A stretch of DNA of 64,000 nt from Malacoraja senta (lineage: Eukaryota), in NCBI GenBank assembly GCA_038087875.1, contig CM075995.1:10480001-10544000 (forward strand), written 5' to 3'. Position 1 is the first letter of the stretch. Every line of letters starts with the position of its first letter. The position numbers were made by a program, and so were the translations under genes. This document shows positions 26,787-39,266 of this stretch, one piece after another. Under the pieces are notes generated by a model. It did not search any database and was not told the DNA's origin. It saw nothing but the letters and a program-made list of their open reading frames with translations.

Positions 26787-27446
26787 TCAAATCATCCCTT
26801 CCCACCCAAACCACCCCCTCCACAGGTACTGTCCCCTGCAACCGCAGGAGACGCATCACCTGTGCCATAACCTCCCCGCTCGACTCCATCCCATGACCCC
26901 GACAATCTTTCCAGGTGAGGTAGAGGTTCACGTGCACCTCCTCCAACCTCACCTACTTATCCGCTGTTCCAGGTGTCAACTTTTGAACGAGACCAAGCGC
27001 AGGCTCGGCGATCGTTTAGCTGAACACTTCCGCTCAGTCCGCCTTAACCTACATGATCTCCCAATTGCTCAGCTCTTTAACTCCCCCTCCCATTCCCAAT
27101 CTGACCGTTCCGTCCTGGACCTCTCCCATTGTCAGAGTGAGGCCCAGCGCAAATTGGAGGAACACCACCTGATATTTCTCTTGCGTAACTTACACACCGG
27201 CGGTATGAACATTGACTTCTCTAACTTCAATTAGCCCTCGCATTCCCTCTCTCTCCATCCCCCTTCTTCCCAGTTCTCCCACCAGTCTTACTGTCTCCGA
27301 CTATATTCTTTTCCTGTAGCGCTCACACCCCTGAAATCAGTCTGAAGAAGGGCCTCGACCCGAAATGTCACCCATTAATTTTCTCCAGAGATGCTGCCCG
27401 TCCCGCTGAGTTACTCCAACATTTTGTTTCTACCTTCGATATAAAC
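26787..27446 (+). mobile_element. Penelope-like element 3' part: GIY-YIG endonuclease plus pseudo-LTR
   Basis: IRCSRCQLL..ETKRRLGDRLAEH..PIAQLFNSPSHS..RKLEEHHLIF..GMNIDF is the PLE GIY-YIG C-terminus, followed by a pLTR with a hammerhead motif. Confidence 0.85.
27342..27369 (+). ncRNA. Minimal hammerhead ribozyme motif (PLE-associated)
   Basis: CTGAAGA-A-GGGCCTCGACCC-GAAAT-GTC. Confidence 0.6.
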
Positions 27447-28219
27447 TGACGTTGAGGAGCAGAGAGGTCCTATTGGAGTTACACAGGGCCCTGGTGAGAC
27501 CGCACCTGGAGTTTTGTGTGCAATTTTGGTCCCCTAATTTGTGGAAGGGCGTTATTACTATTGAGAGAGTGCAGCGTAGGTTCACCAGTTAATTCCCGGG
27601 AAGGCTTGACTGACATATGAAAGAATGAAAGAATGAAAGAATGAATGAATGAATGAATGAATGAATGAATGAATGAATGAATGAATGAGTTTATTGGCGA
27701 AGTATTCACATACAAGGAATTTGCCTGTTGATTCTATGATGAAAGAATGGTTCGACTGGGCGTGTATTCAGTGGAATTTAGGAGGCTGAGAGATGGTCAT
27801 ATAGAAACATATAAAGTTCATAAAGGATTGGCCGGGCTAGATGCAGGGAAAACGTTTCCGAGTTTGCGGGAGTCCAGAACCAGGGGTCAAAGGTTAAAAA
27901 TAAGGGGTAGGCCATTTAGGACTGAGATGAGGAAAAACTTCTTCATCCAGAGAGTTGTGAATCTGTGGAATTCTCTGCCACAGACGGTAGTGGAGGCCAA
28001 TTCACTGGATGTTTTCAAGAGAGAGTTAGATTTAGCTCGTAGGGCTAAATGAATCAAGGGATTTGGGGGAAAAGCAGGAACGAGGTACTGATATTAGATT
28101 ATCAGCTTTGATCAAATTGATGGCGGTGCTAACTCGAAGGGCCGAATGGCCTACTGTATTTTGTTCCTATGTTTCTATATTTCTATCATCTATCTGCTTT
28201 TGACTAGCTGACCAGTGGC

Positions 28220-29905
28220 GTGGGGAAGGAAAGCAATCAGGATTGGGCCAAAGAGCTAAACCTGTTCTTTTTAACAGATTTGATGGAGCGGCCACTGCCC
28301 CCCCCGCCCCCCCTCCCCCCTGCCCCACGACAGACTCCCAACCCCCACACCCACCATCCACCTGGTCCACAACCTCTGCCTTACCTTTGTCGTACCTGAC
28401 TATCAAGGCTGAGCAGTTGAGGGAAGAGCTGAGCAGACTTCGCCCAGGTTAAGCCACGTGTCCCGATGGTGTCAGCACCAGGGTACCCAAGGCGTGTGCC
28501 AGCCAGTTGTGCGGAGTACTCCAGCATATCTTCAACCTGAGCCTGAGCCTGGAGAGGTTTCCTGTGATGTGGAAGACATCCTGCCTGGTTCCTGCACAAA
28601 AGAGAACACGTCCTAGCTCCTCCAATGACTACCGACCGGGAGGGCTAACATCACACATCATTAAGTCCCTGGAGAGGCTGGTGCTTACTCACCTGCGACC
28701 CCCGGTTAAAACCTACCCGGATTCCCTGCAATTCACTTACCAAACGAAGGTGGGAGTGAACTACCCCATCATCCACCTGCTCCATCGTTCCTTCGCACAC
28801 CTGGATAAGCCGGGAAGCACTGCGAGAGTCATATGTTTTTACTTCTCCAGTGCTTTCAACACCATCCGGCCTGCACCGCTTGGGAGCAAACTGACGATGG
28901 TGCGTCTGGATGCTCCATTGGTGTCCTGGATCACCAACTACCTGACTGGACGAGGTCAGGCTACAGAACTGAGTCTCGGCCATGATTGTGAGCACACAGG
29001 GGCCCCCCAATGGTCCTCTCTCCCTTCCTGTTCACCATCTACACTTAGAACTTCAGATACAACTCGGATTCCTGCCCCCTGCAGAAGTTTTCGGATGACT
29101 CTGCAATTGTGGGCTGCATCTGTGAGGGGTGGAAAGCTGAATACAAGGTGCAGTCAACGACTTAGTTGAATGGTGTCGGCTGAATGGCCCGCAACTCAGC
29201 ACCGATAAGACTAAGGAGTTAGTGGTGGAATTTAGGAGAGAAACACCCCGTCCCCTGTATCAATCTAGGGTGTGGATGTGCAGTTTACCAAGTAGTACAA
29301 GTACCTTGAAGTTTAACTGGACAGCATACTGGACTGGTCCAGGAACGCCGGGGCACTGTTTAAGAAGGGACAGAGCAACCTTATTTTCCGAGTAAGATGC
29401 TGCAGGTTTTCTGCCAGTCGGTCGTGGCCCGTGCCTTCTTCTATTCTGTCGTGTGCTGGGGTAGCAGGACGAAGGCCGCGTCGACAACAGAACCAACAAG
29501 CTCATCAGGAAGGCTGGCGCCGTCCTAGAGGCGGAGGTGGATTCAGATGGTCTTGGATGGGAGGATGCTCCTCAAACCGCAGAGAATCCTGGACAATACA
29601 GCTCACCCCCTCTGTGACACACTGGTCAACCCGAGGAGTGGCAACAGATTCCACAAAGATGCAACACAGAACGCCACAGGAGATATTTTTTCCCTGTGGC
29701 TATCAAACTGTACAACGCCTTTCACCTGCCGTGGGGTAGACTGACTCCCCTCGCCCCCATCCCCCCCCCCCCACCCAAATCTTTCCACATCCCTAATCCT
29801 GGACCTTCCACTCATCACTTTAATTTCACGTGTCATATATGTTGTTGTGTTATATGACTGTTGGCGAACCAATTTCATTCCTGGGATAAATAAAGTCCTA
29901 TCATA
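28220..29905 (+). mobile_element. 5'-truncated Rex1/Babar-like LINE
   Basis: WKTSCLVP..NDYRP..LTSHIIKSLERLV..DSLQF.Y..FSSAFNTI; AATAAA near the 3' end. Confidence 0.8.
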
Positions 29906-30394
29906 TCGTATTTTTTATCTTGCATCGCGCTCATATCTCTATCGTCGCAATCATCACCATAAATAGCAGTGGCCCCTCACTGCAATTCTTTCACTGATGG
30001 TTCCTAGCTACCCCAGTTAATCTCGTAGGCTGTTCACGGGCAATCCCAGAAAATTAAGGATAACCTGAATAAGATACCAGTGTTGGTCAAAAGTTTAGTT
30101 TAGTTTACGTAATGTGACGTGTACCGAGGTGCAGTGAAAACCTTTTTTTGGCGTGCTATCCAACTAGAGAAAAGACTAGACATGATTACAATCAAGCCGT
30201 CCACAGCGTATTAAATGATAAAGGCAACAACGTTCAATGCAAGATACATTCCAGTAAAGTCCGATTAAATGGAGTCCGACGGTTTCCAATGAGGTAGATG
30301 GCAGCACAGGACTACCATAGTGTGTGGTCGGGTGACTATATTTGGCGTGTTTTCCCTTTTTAACCCTCAATGTACTTTTTTTTGCACCCGTTAG

Positions 30395-30674
30395 CAAACA
30401 TAGCTTTGTTTGGATCAGCGAAACAACCCAACATCGACCTCAATGCAAGTGCAGAACGAGCCATTGACGGGGACACCAACAGCAGCTTCGACCACGGCTC
30501 CTGTACGCAGACGAAGAGAATGGATGATCCTTGGTGGAGAGTCGACTTGAAAGGGGTGTACGCAGTGTCTGTGGTAAGAATCACCAACAGAGCAGACTGC
30601 TGCTCGAAACGACTCAGAGGGGCCGAGATCCGCGTCGGGAACTCGCTGAAGAACAATGGCAATTCCAACAGACT
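30395..30674 (+). CDS. F-type lectin domain 6, exon A
   Basis: Acceptor gttAG and donor GTAAGT; 280 bp. NIALFGSAKQ..AIDGD..SCTQT..DPWWRVDL..NRADCCSKRLRGAEIRVG. Confidence 0.92.
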
Positions 30675-31769
30675 GTAAGTAGTAATCGGGCAATGCATGC
30701 CTTCTGAAACTGTATTCATTAATACGTTGCATTATCTTTAATCTATGGAGAACATGAGTAAAAACTGCAGTTGCGAGAGATTGCAGCGGTTGCGTTTTAC
30801 AGTGGAATTTGGAGTGATGTACAACTGATCCAGTGGCGAGGAATATTGAGTCACATGTGCCGATCACTGATCCGGAGTTCCAAGCCGACCTCCGAGCTGG
30901 AATGTAACCTTGAAACAGCGAAACAAATTTGTAATTTAAGAATTACTATTACCCAGCAATATGTCGGCCCAGCTGTCGTTTAGCGATAACAAATCGGAGA
31001 CACAAGGGACTGCAGATTCTGGGTAACAAAAAAAGACAAAAAGTGCTGGATAACTCAACAGGCCCGACAGTACCTATGCAGAACTCCGGAAAATGTGTTT
31101 GAAGAGAGGTCTCGATCCAAAACGTTGCCGATCTGTGTTCTCCAGACGTGCTTGTTGAGATGCTCCAGCACTTTGCCTTTTTTTCACGGTAACATTTTGT
31201 ATCGCCAGAATCTTGCAAAATATTGAGTCCTGCCTTTGCAACAGGCGGAATGTACATGTGGATCCAGAACTCTGCTGTGATTGGCTACAGCTATAAACCA
31301 GAGGCAACGAAGGATAGACTTGGAAGTGAACAGATTACGTCGCCTCAACTTATCAAACGCCGCCAGCAGCTGAAAGCATGGAATATAAAACAGGACAGCA
31401 GAGTACAGACTCGGTGTGCCGAATATGGTGCCAAGTTAAACTAGTCTCCTCTGCCTGCACATGATGTATACCCTCATACACCCAATATCCATGTGTCGAT
31501 GAAAAAAACTGTTAAACTCCACTATCCTATCTGCTTCCACCACCAACCGCGGCAGCGTGTTCCAGACTCCCACCATCCTCTCGAATAAACTCGCACCGCA
31601 CATCTCCTTTCAACTTTACCCATCTGACCGTAAAGCTATCCCATCTAGTCTTTGGCATTTCTACCCTTGAAAAAAAAGGTTCAGGCTCTCTATCCTGTCT
31701 ATGGCTTTCATAATAGCATGCAGTTCTCTCAGATCTCCTCTCAGCCCCGACGCTCAGAGAAAACAAACC

Positions 31770-32650
31770 ATGTCATAGAGTCATAGAGTGATACAGTGTG
31801 GAAATAGGCCCTTCACACTGTCCCAGCAATGTCCTAGCTACACCAGTCCCACGCACTCGATCCATATCACTCCAAACCTGTCCTATCCATGTATCTGTCT
31901 AACTGTTTCTTAAACGATGGGATAGTCCCAGCCTCAACTACCTCCTCTAGCAGCTTGTTCCATACACCCACCACCCTTTGTGTGAAAAGTTACCCCTCGG
32001 ATTCCTATGAAATATTTCCCCCCTCACTTTGAACCTATGTCCGCTGGTACTCGAGTCCCCTATTCTGGGCAAGAGACTGTGCATCTACCCGATGTATTCC
32101 TCTCATGATTTTGTACACCTCCATAAGATCACCACTCATCCTTCTGCGCTCCATGGAATAGAGACCAAGCCTACTCAACCTCTCCCTATAGCTCACACCC
32201 TCTAGTCCTGGCAACATCGTCGTACTTCTTTTCTCAACCCATTCAAGCTTGACAATATCTTTCCTATAATATGGTACCCAGAACTGAACACAATATTCTA
32301 GATGCGGTCTCAGCAACATCTTATACAACTGCAACGTGACCTCCCAACTTCCATACTCAATACTCTGAATGATGAAGGCCAATGTGCGAAAAGCGCTTCT
32401 GACTGCGACTCGACCTCACATAACGACCCGATAGACCGTCCATGCACCTGTACTCCTGGATCCATCAGCTCTGCAACACGACGCAGAGGCCTGCCAATGC
32501 TGTGTAGGTCCTGCCCTTATTCGACGTCCCAAAATGCAACACGTCTCTGTTTCAAATTACATCAACCATTCCTCCGCCCACCTGGCCAATCGATCCAGAA
32601 TCAGCTGCACCTTTCACAACTATCTTCATTATCTGCAAACCTACTAATTT
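31770..32650 (-). mobile_element. CR1 LINE 3' fragment
   Basis: [28 protein letters not shown]; (tcatagag)n tail. Confidence 0.8.
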
Positions 32651-32768
32651 ATGTCTAAACATTCTGAGTTAGGTCGGGCTCTCATACCGAGTTCCAACAA
32701 TTAGATTCGGTAGATCGTAGATGTTCAGAAATTATGTTCTCAAAGTGAAAATTATTTATCTCTTTCAG

Positions 32769-32929
32769 GTGTGGATCCGTCCACACGATATCTACGACAA
32801 ATTTAACGTTCTCGTGTGACGGTCTATCGGGTCGTTTTGTGAATATCTTATTGCCAGGAGTTGACAACATCCTGACTCTATGCGAGGTTGAAGTCTTTGG
32901 TTCAAAGATCGACTCCGAAGAACAAGCAG
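32769..32929 (+). CDS. F-type lectin domain 6, exon B
   Basis: Not in the ORF track; read manually. Acceptor tttcAG, donor GTAGG, 161 bp. CGSVHTISTTNLTFSCDGLSGRFVNILLPGVDNILTLCEVEVFG. Confidence 0.9.
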
Positions 32930-33539
32930 GTAGGGTCCCATCTCTGTCTACAGAGGGCCATGCTAAGTGACGAGGGATTAATTTGTCTAAGTAGCTTGAA
33001 ATGTAGATGGAATCGATGGTGGGAGTCTTGTCTCGCTGATGGACACATGCGGAACTCTTTGCAATATTTTGCTGTCTTGGCTAGAAGTGCTGCCAAACCG
33101 AACCCTGAGGCATCTCGATAGTACGCTTTCTATTGATACATTTAAAAGTGGCAGAGATATGGTAAATGTACTTGACCTTTTCCCTAGAGTGGGAGAATCA
33201 AGAACTAGTGGCCAGAGATTTAAGATGAGAGATGAAAGGTTTAACAGAAATGTGTGGGACAATATTTTCAGAGACGATGGTGGGTATATAGAGCTGGATG
33301 ACAGAATACATAGTTGGGGCAGGTACACTAATATTCAACGGGCATTTGGACAGGTACATGGATAGGAAGGTTCAGAGGAATGTGTTAAATGCGGTAAAAT
33401 GAGACCAGCTTACTGATACGACTATGACAATAGGATGGGCGTGGGGGTGAGGGGAGGGATATAACAACTGGAGGGACTCTGGGCGGTTGCGCGAGTAGCA
33501 CGGGAGCAGAGTTAAGTGGGCTGCGTGAAAAATGATCGT

Positions 33540-33900
33540 TTTACGCTTATACCACCGGAGTCGAGACTGCCTAAGCGGAAGATGAAGTGTAGTTCCTCTG
33601 GTGTCCGTCTGGTCTCAGACAGGCAGTGACGAAGGCATAGAGAGAGGGACGCTCTGGGAATAAGAAGGGAAATTCAAACGACAGGCAACAGGATCTTCAA
33701 AGTGGTCTTTGCAGCAGTATCTCCCAGCCTACAATTGGCTCGTCAATGTGTGGTTGGCCACCGAATGCAACGAGCTGGATTCTACACGCTTGGCGTTATT
33801 CTCCTCATCACCTGGAAGAGCTGTTTAGATCCCTGGGTGGGTGTGAGAGAGCAGCTGGAGGGACACGTCTTGCAAGCGCAGTCAGAGTTGGAGAGGATGT
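33540..33900 (-). mobile_element. Old degenerate Penelope GIY-YIG remnant
   Basis: The reverse complement of 33566-33599 encodes EELHFIFRLGSL, homologous to EEHHLIF in the 26.8 kb copy. Confidence 0.55.
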
Positions 33901-33994
33901 TCATGAAGAGATTAACATTCCAGATACTCTTCCAGTTTTGGTCCTGTAGAATGCACCGGAAACCACCAGTTATCCGGATCCCCCCCCCCCTCCC

Positions 33995-36860
33995 CCTGGT
34001 TCTGGACTCGCACAACATTGGGAACATTTTTCCTGCATCTAGCTTGTCCGTCCTTATATAATTGTATATGTTTCCATAAGATTCACCCTCATCCTTCTAA
34101 ACTTCAGTGGATACAAGCCTAATCTTTTCAATATATCCTCATATGACAGTCCCGCCATCCCAGGGATAAATCTCGTGAACCTACACTGCACTGCCTCTAT
34201 CACAAGGATGTCCTTCCTCACATTAGGAGACCAAAACTGTACACAATACTCCAGATGTGGTTTCACCAGAGCCCTATACAACTGCAGAAGAACCTCTTTA
34301 CTCCTATCCTGAAATCCTCTTGTTATGAAGGCCAACAATCCATTAGCTTTCTTCACTGCCTGCTGTACCTGCATGCCAACTTTCAGTGTCCGGTGTACAA
34401 AGACACCCAGGTCTCGCTGTACCTCCCCATTACCTAACCTAACCCCATTGAGATAATAATCTGCCCACTTGTTTTTGCCACCAAAGTGGATAACCTCACA
34501 TTTATTTATATTATACTGCATCTGCCACGCATCTGCCCACTCACTCAACCTGTCCAGGTCACCCTGAAACCTCGTAACATCCTCTTCACAGTTCACACTG
34601 CCACCCAGCTTTGTGTCATCCGCAAAAATGCTAGTCCATCTTCCAAATCATTAATATATATGGTAAACAGTTGCGGCCCCAACACCGAGCCTTGCGGCAC
34701 ACCACTCGCCACTGCCTGCCATTCTGAAAAGGACCCGTTCACTCCTACTATTTGCTTCCGGTTTGCCAACCAATTCTCTATCCATGTCAACACCCTACCC
34801 CCAATACCATGTCCTCTAATTTTAGTCACCAGTCTCCCGTGTGGGACCTTATCAAAGGTTTTCTGAAAGTCTAGTTACACTACATCCACTGGCACCCCTT
34901 CATCCATTTTACTTGTCACATCCTCAAAATATTTCAGAAGATTAGTCAAACATGATTTCCCTTTCATAAATCCATGTTACCTTGGACTAATACTTTTACT
35001 GCTATCCAAATGGCTCATTATTACCTCTTTAATAATTGACTCCAGCATCTTTCCCACCACCGAAGTCATCCTTTCTTGAAAGTGGGATAACATTAGCTAT
35101 CCTCCAATCCACAGGAACTGATCCTGAATCTAATGAACATTGGAAAATGATCACCAATGCGTCCACTATTTCTAGAGCCACCTCCATGAGGACCCTGGGA
35201 TGCAGACCATCAGGCCCAGGGGATTTATCATCCTTCAGTCCCATTAGCCTACCCAATACTATTTCTCGCCTTATGAACATGTCTTTCAGTTCCTCTACCC
35301 CCAGTACATCTGGGAAATTGTCTGTGTCTTCCTTAGTGAAGACAGATCCGAAGTACCTATTCAACTCTTCTGCCATTTCCTTGTTGCCCATAATAATTGC
35401 ACCCGTGCCTGCTTTCAAGGGACCCACATTTGACTTTGCTACTCTTTTTCCCTTAACATATATAAAGAAGCTTTTACTGTTTGCCCGTTTTGTTTCCTTC
35501 TGTTGTCCTATGAAAGTTTCCCAGTCCTCTTGCTTCCGGCTACTCTTTGCTGTGTTATACATCTTTTCTTTTAGTTTTATTCTATCCCTAACTTCTCTTG
35601 TCAGCCACGGTTGCCTCCTACTCCCCTTAGAATCTTTCTTCCTTTTTGGAATGAAATGATCCTGCGTCTTCCGGATTATGCCCAGAAATTCCTGCCATTG
35701 CTGTTCCACCGTCATTCCTGCTAGGATCCCTTTCCAGTCTACTATGGCTAGCTCCCCTCTCATGCCTTCATAGTCTCCTTTGTTCAACTGCATCACTGCC
35801 TCTTCCGATTTAATGTTCTCCTTCTCCTAAAATAACGTCCTTTAATTCTGAGACTATAGCATCCAGTCCTAGACTCTCCCACTGCTGGAAACATCCTCTC
35901 CACATCCACTCTACCCAACCCCTTCACTATTCCGTATGTTTCAATGAGATCCTCGCTCATTCTTCTAATCTCCAGCGAGTACAGGCCCAGTGCCGACAAA
36001 CGAACACTACGGGTTATGCTACTGATTCCTGGGATCATTCTTGTACACCTCATCTGGACCTTCTCCAGGGTCAGCACGTCCTTTCTTAGCTGTGGTGCCC
36101 AAAATTGCTCACAATATTCCGAATGCGTCCTGACCAGTGCCTTATGGAGCCTCAGCATTCCATCCCTGTTTTTGTATACAAGCCCTCTTGAAATAATGCT
36201 AGCATTTAGTTTACTTTCTTCACTACCGATTCGATGTGCAGATGACATTTGGGGAATCCTGCACCTTTGTCCCTTTGCACATCCGATTTCTGGATTAACT
36301 CCCCATTTAGAAAATAATCTATGCCTTTATTCCTACTACCAAAATGCACGACTCCACACTTTGCTATACTGTCTTCCAACTGCCAATTCTCTGCCCACTC
36401 TCCCAACCAGTGCAAGTCTTTCAGCAGAGTCCCTGCTTTATCTACACTACCTGCCTCTCCACCTATTTTCGTATCACCGCAAACGTGGCCCCAAAGCTTT
36501 CAATTCCCTCCTCCAAATCATTAATATACCACGTGAAGAGAAGCGGCCCAAAGACCGACCCTTGCAGAACTCCGCCAGTCACTGGCAGCCAATTAGAAAA
36601 AGCCCCCTTTATTGCCACACTTTGTCTTCTGCCATCCGGCCAACCTGCAATCCATGCTTGTATCTGCCCTTTGACGCAGTGGGCTTCCAACTTCCTTACC
36701 AGCCTGACGAGTGACACCTTATCAAAGGCTTTCTGAAAATCTGAAATTTCTGAAGTAAACAATATCTACCGACACTCCTTTGTCTGTCCTGCTATATAAT
36801 TCTTCAAATAATTCCAGAAAAATTGTCAAGCAAGATCTCCCCTTAACGAAGCAATGATGA
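33995..36860 (-). mobile_element. Two adjoining CR1 LINE fragments (junction ~35815)
   Basis: RT ORFs at 34054-34829, 35029-35796 and 35793-36762. Confidence 0.85.
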
Positions 36861-37273
36861 CGAAGGCCTATTTATCATGAATTCCCTCCAAAATACCACA
36901 TCACGTAGTTGACATGATTATATGGCGTGCCGTGTCCGCATCAATCAAACTTGGAGATTGATTTTCGTTTAGACATACTGCGCGGAAACAGGCCCTTCGG
37001 CCCAAAGGGTCCGCACCGACCAGCGATCCCCGCACATGAACACTATCCTACACACAAGAGGGACAATTTTACATGTTTTACCCAGCCAATTAACCGACAA
37101 CCCAGTCTGTCTTGTAGGTGTTGGAGGCAAGTGCAATGTGCACAATGAGATAGAGTTAGGGTTAGGGTACATGACGCGAATTGACTTCAAATTCTATTGG
37201 TCAAGGACGAGGGGCCAGCTGATTGATTACATTTATCGTTGCGGTTATGACAATATTTTTTCCTACCCAACAG

Positions 37274-37529
37274 CAAACAGTGCGCTTCTAACGATAGAAA
37301 CAAACACCGCATATCGGACAACAGATGCCGAACGAGCCACTTGGCTGCTGGCTTCCTGTACGCAGATGAAGAGAACCACGAACAGTTCGTGGAGTATGGA
37401 CCCAAAATTAATTTGTGACGTATCCGACGTAAGAATCACACAGAGAAAGGATTGCTGCGCCGATTGGCTCCGTGCAGTCGAACTCCACATTGCATATTCC
37501 TTGGAGGACGAAGGGAATTCGAATATCGT
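37274..37529 (+). CDS. F-type lectin domain 7, exon A (highly divergent, 8 aa shorter)
   Basis: Acceptor caacAG and donor GTAAGT; 256 bp. ASCTQM..SWSMDP..VRITQRKDCCADWLRAVELHI. Confidence 0.82.
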
Positions 37530-37691
37530 GTAAGTATTCGCGGAAAATGCCAGATCTCCTGCAGTTGACGGGCATAGTGATACAGTGGAAATATGCCATC
37601 TTCCCAACTCGTCCATGCCGATCAAGTTGCCCGAACTACGCTAGTTGCATTTGCTTCCATTTGGCTCATCTATCTATCAACCTATCTTCTA

Positions 37692-38340
37692 TCTATACAT
37701 AACTAAATCTCTGATCTTGTTATATTCCGGTTTGTCCGTTTTTTTCTATTTGCGCAAAATGGTACGCGATAGCGCTACGATTTTCCGCCAGCTCACTCAC
37801 CGTTCTCCTGTGCTGCTAGATCGGTGGCATATTGTAAAAGTTAGCGAGCTTTAAACATCTTAAAAACTGCGCGTGCGCAGATCGATCTCCTCTCCTGGCA
37901 GTCAGCGCCGTGCGGATTAGTCTCTTCTCCTGTCAGTACCCTGGACGACCCGCCCCTTCCTGCGCCGTCGCGTCTTTACTGGAGCTGAGAGACGCACTGG
38001 ATGGCCGGCGGAGGTCTCCAACCGGACACAATTTTCGGTGGGACCGGAAGCGGCCCGGCCCGGCGTCGGAGATGTCGTCAATATCGTCAAACGGAAAGTG
38101 AGACTCTGATCGCGGCGGAGGGGAACGACCAGCGACCAGCGCCCGCTGTGAGTCCCTATCGTACCGCCAGCTCCAGCCTCATTCCCTCTGCCCCCCCTCG
38201 CTGGCCCCTGACCCCCTCCCCCGTGATACCCCCTCTCCCCCATGGCTCTTCTCCCGTCTTTTCTCGGAGCTCTCATCTCCCTCCCCCCACCACCACCCCC
38301 CCCCCCCCGCCCACACACCTCCCTCCCCCCACGTTTACGA
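37692..38340 (+). mobile_element. Probable Helitron 5' fragment
   Basis: Begins A|TCTATACATAACTAAATCTCTGATCTTG, resembling the 5' end TCTATATTACTAAAAGTCTGATCTTG of the Helitron at 62948. No 3' CTAG end was found. Confidence 0.5.
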
Positions 38341-38349
38341 TAAGATTTG

Positions 38350-38686
38350 GGTGGCACAATGGCGATGCGGTAGAGTTGTTGCCTTACATCTTCTGAGACC
38401 CGGGTTCGACTCTGATTACGGGTGCTTGTCTGGCCTGCGCGGGGTTTCGCCGGGTGCTCCGGTTTCCTTCCACACTCCAACGACGTACCGGTTTGTAGGT
38501 TAATTGGCTTGGTATCATTGTAAATTGCCCCTAGTGTGTGTGTAGATAGTGTAAGTGTGCGGGTACCGCTGCTCTGCGTGGACTCGGTGAGCCGAATGGT
38601 CCTGTTTCCGCGCTGTGTCTAAACTAAATTCCGCGCTGTGTCTGAACTAAACTAAATTCCGCGCTGTGTCTGAACTAAACTAAATT
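38350..38686 (+). mobile_element. tRNA-derived SINE (HE1/V-SINE-like) with triplicated tail
   Basis: A-box-like TGGCGATGCGG, B-box GGTTCGACTC, core gtgctccggtttcc, and a repeated ttccgcgctgtgtct..aactaaa tail. A minus-strand 3' fragment lies at ~36968-37115. Confidence 0.78.
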
Positions 38687-38789
38687 CCTCCCGGCCACCC
38701 AACCGCTGTTGCGTGACTATCATTTATTGTGGTTACCAAAGCGAGTAGGGAAGGAAATCGTCTCCAGATAATCAGCCCATATTAGAGTT

Positions 38790-38961
38790 TAAGGAGGAAC
38801 TTTAGATGCTGGAAAATCGAAGGTAGACAAAAATGCTGGAGTGACTCAGCGGGTGCAGAAGCATCTATGGAGTGAAGGAAGTAGGCAACACTATTGCCTA
38901 TTTCATTCGCTCCATAGATGCTGCTGCTCCCTCTGAGTTTCTCCAGCACTTTTGTCTACCT
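38790..38961. mobile_element. Hairpin-shaped Penelope-pLTR insertion with 15-bp target duplication
   Basis: Inverted arms of ~70 bp; gcccat(a/g)ttagagtt at 38775-38789 and 38962-38976. Confidence 0.75.
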
Positions 38962-39266
38962 GCCCATGTTAGAGTTCACTGCAGACTATCTCCTGTCTGG
39001 AACGGGTCGTCAGGCCAGAGGTAACTGGGGATGAAACGGGCAATGAAAGCCACAGACGTCCCTTCAACCACCGACAGTGACGCACCACCACGTTCGTCAG
39101 ACACTTGGTCTGTATCTGTGCTGTGTATTTGTAGATACTGTAGAAATCCCCGTGGTGACCAGCGAAGGGCAGTAAAGTCCGAAATTCTATGCTCCACGGC
39201 GATACAATCGGGATCAGAATCCCCTCAGGTGCTGGCTTTTCATTGATCGATGTTCCTCTCTTTAAG

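Larger units (their letters stand above)
24880..28180 (+). mobile_element. CR1 LINE ORF2 (APE C-terminus, RT, 3' tail) hosting Penelope pieces
   Basis: DFN, SDHN, RT motifs and GVPQGS; 3' end ctatgtttcta. Contains (GAAT)n at 27618-27688. Confidence 0.88.

Noticed and set aside
38350..38420. tRNA gene
   Set aside because: Has A/B-box-like motifs but no cloverleaf, and continues into a SINE body and tail.
37917..38480. GC-rich ORFs or a CpG-island-like promoter
   Set aside because: Lies within a probable Helitron fragment and a SINE; the translation is low-complexity.
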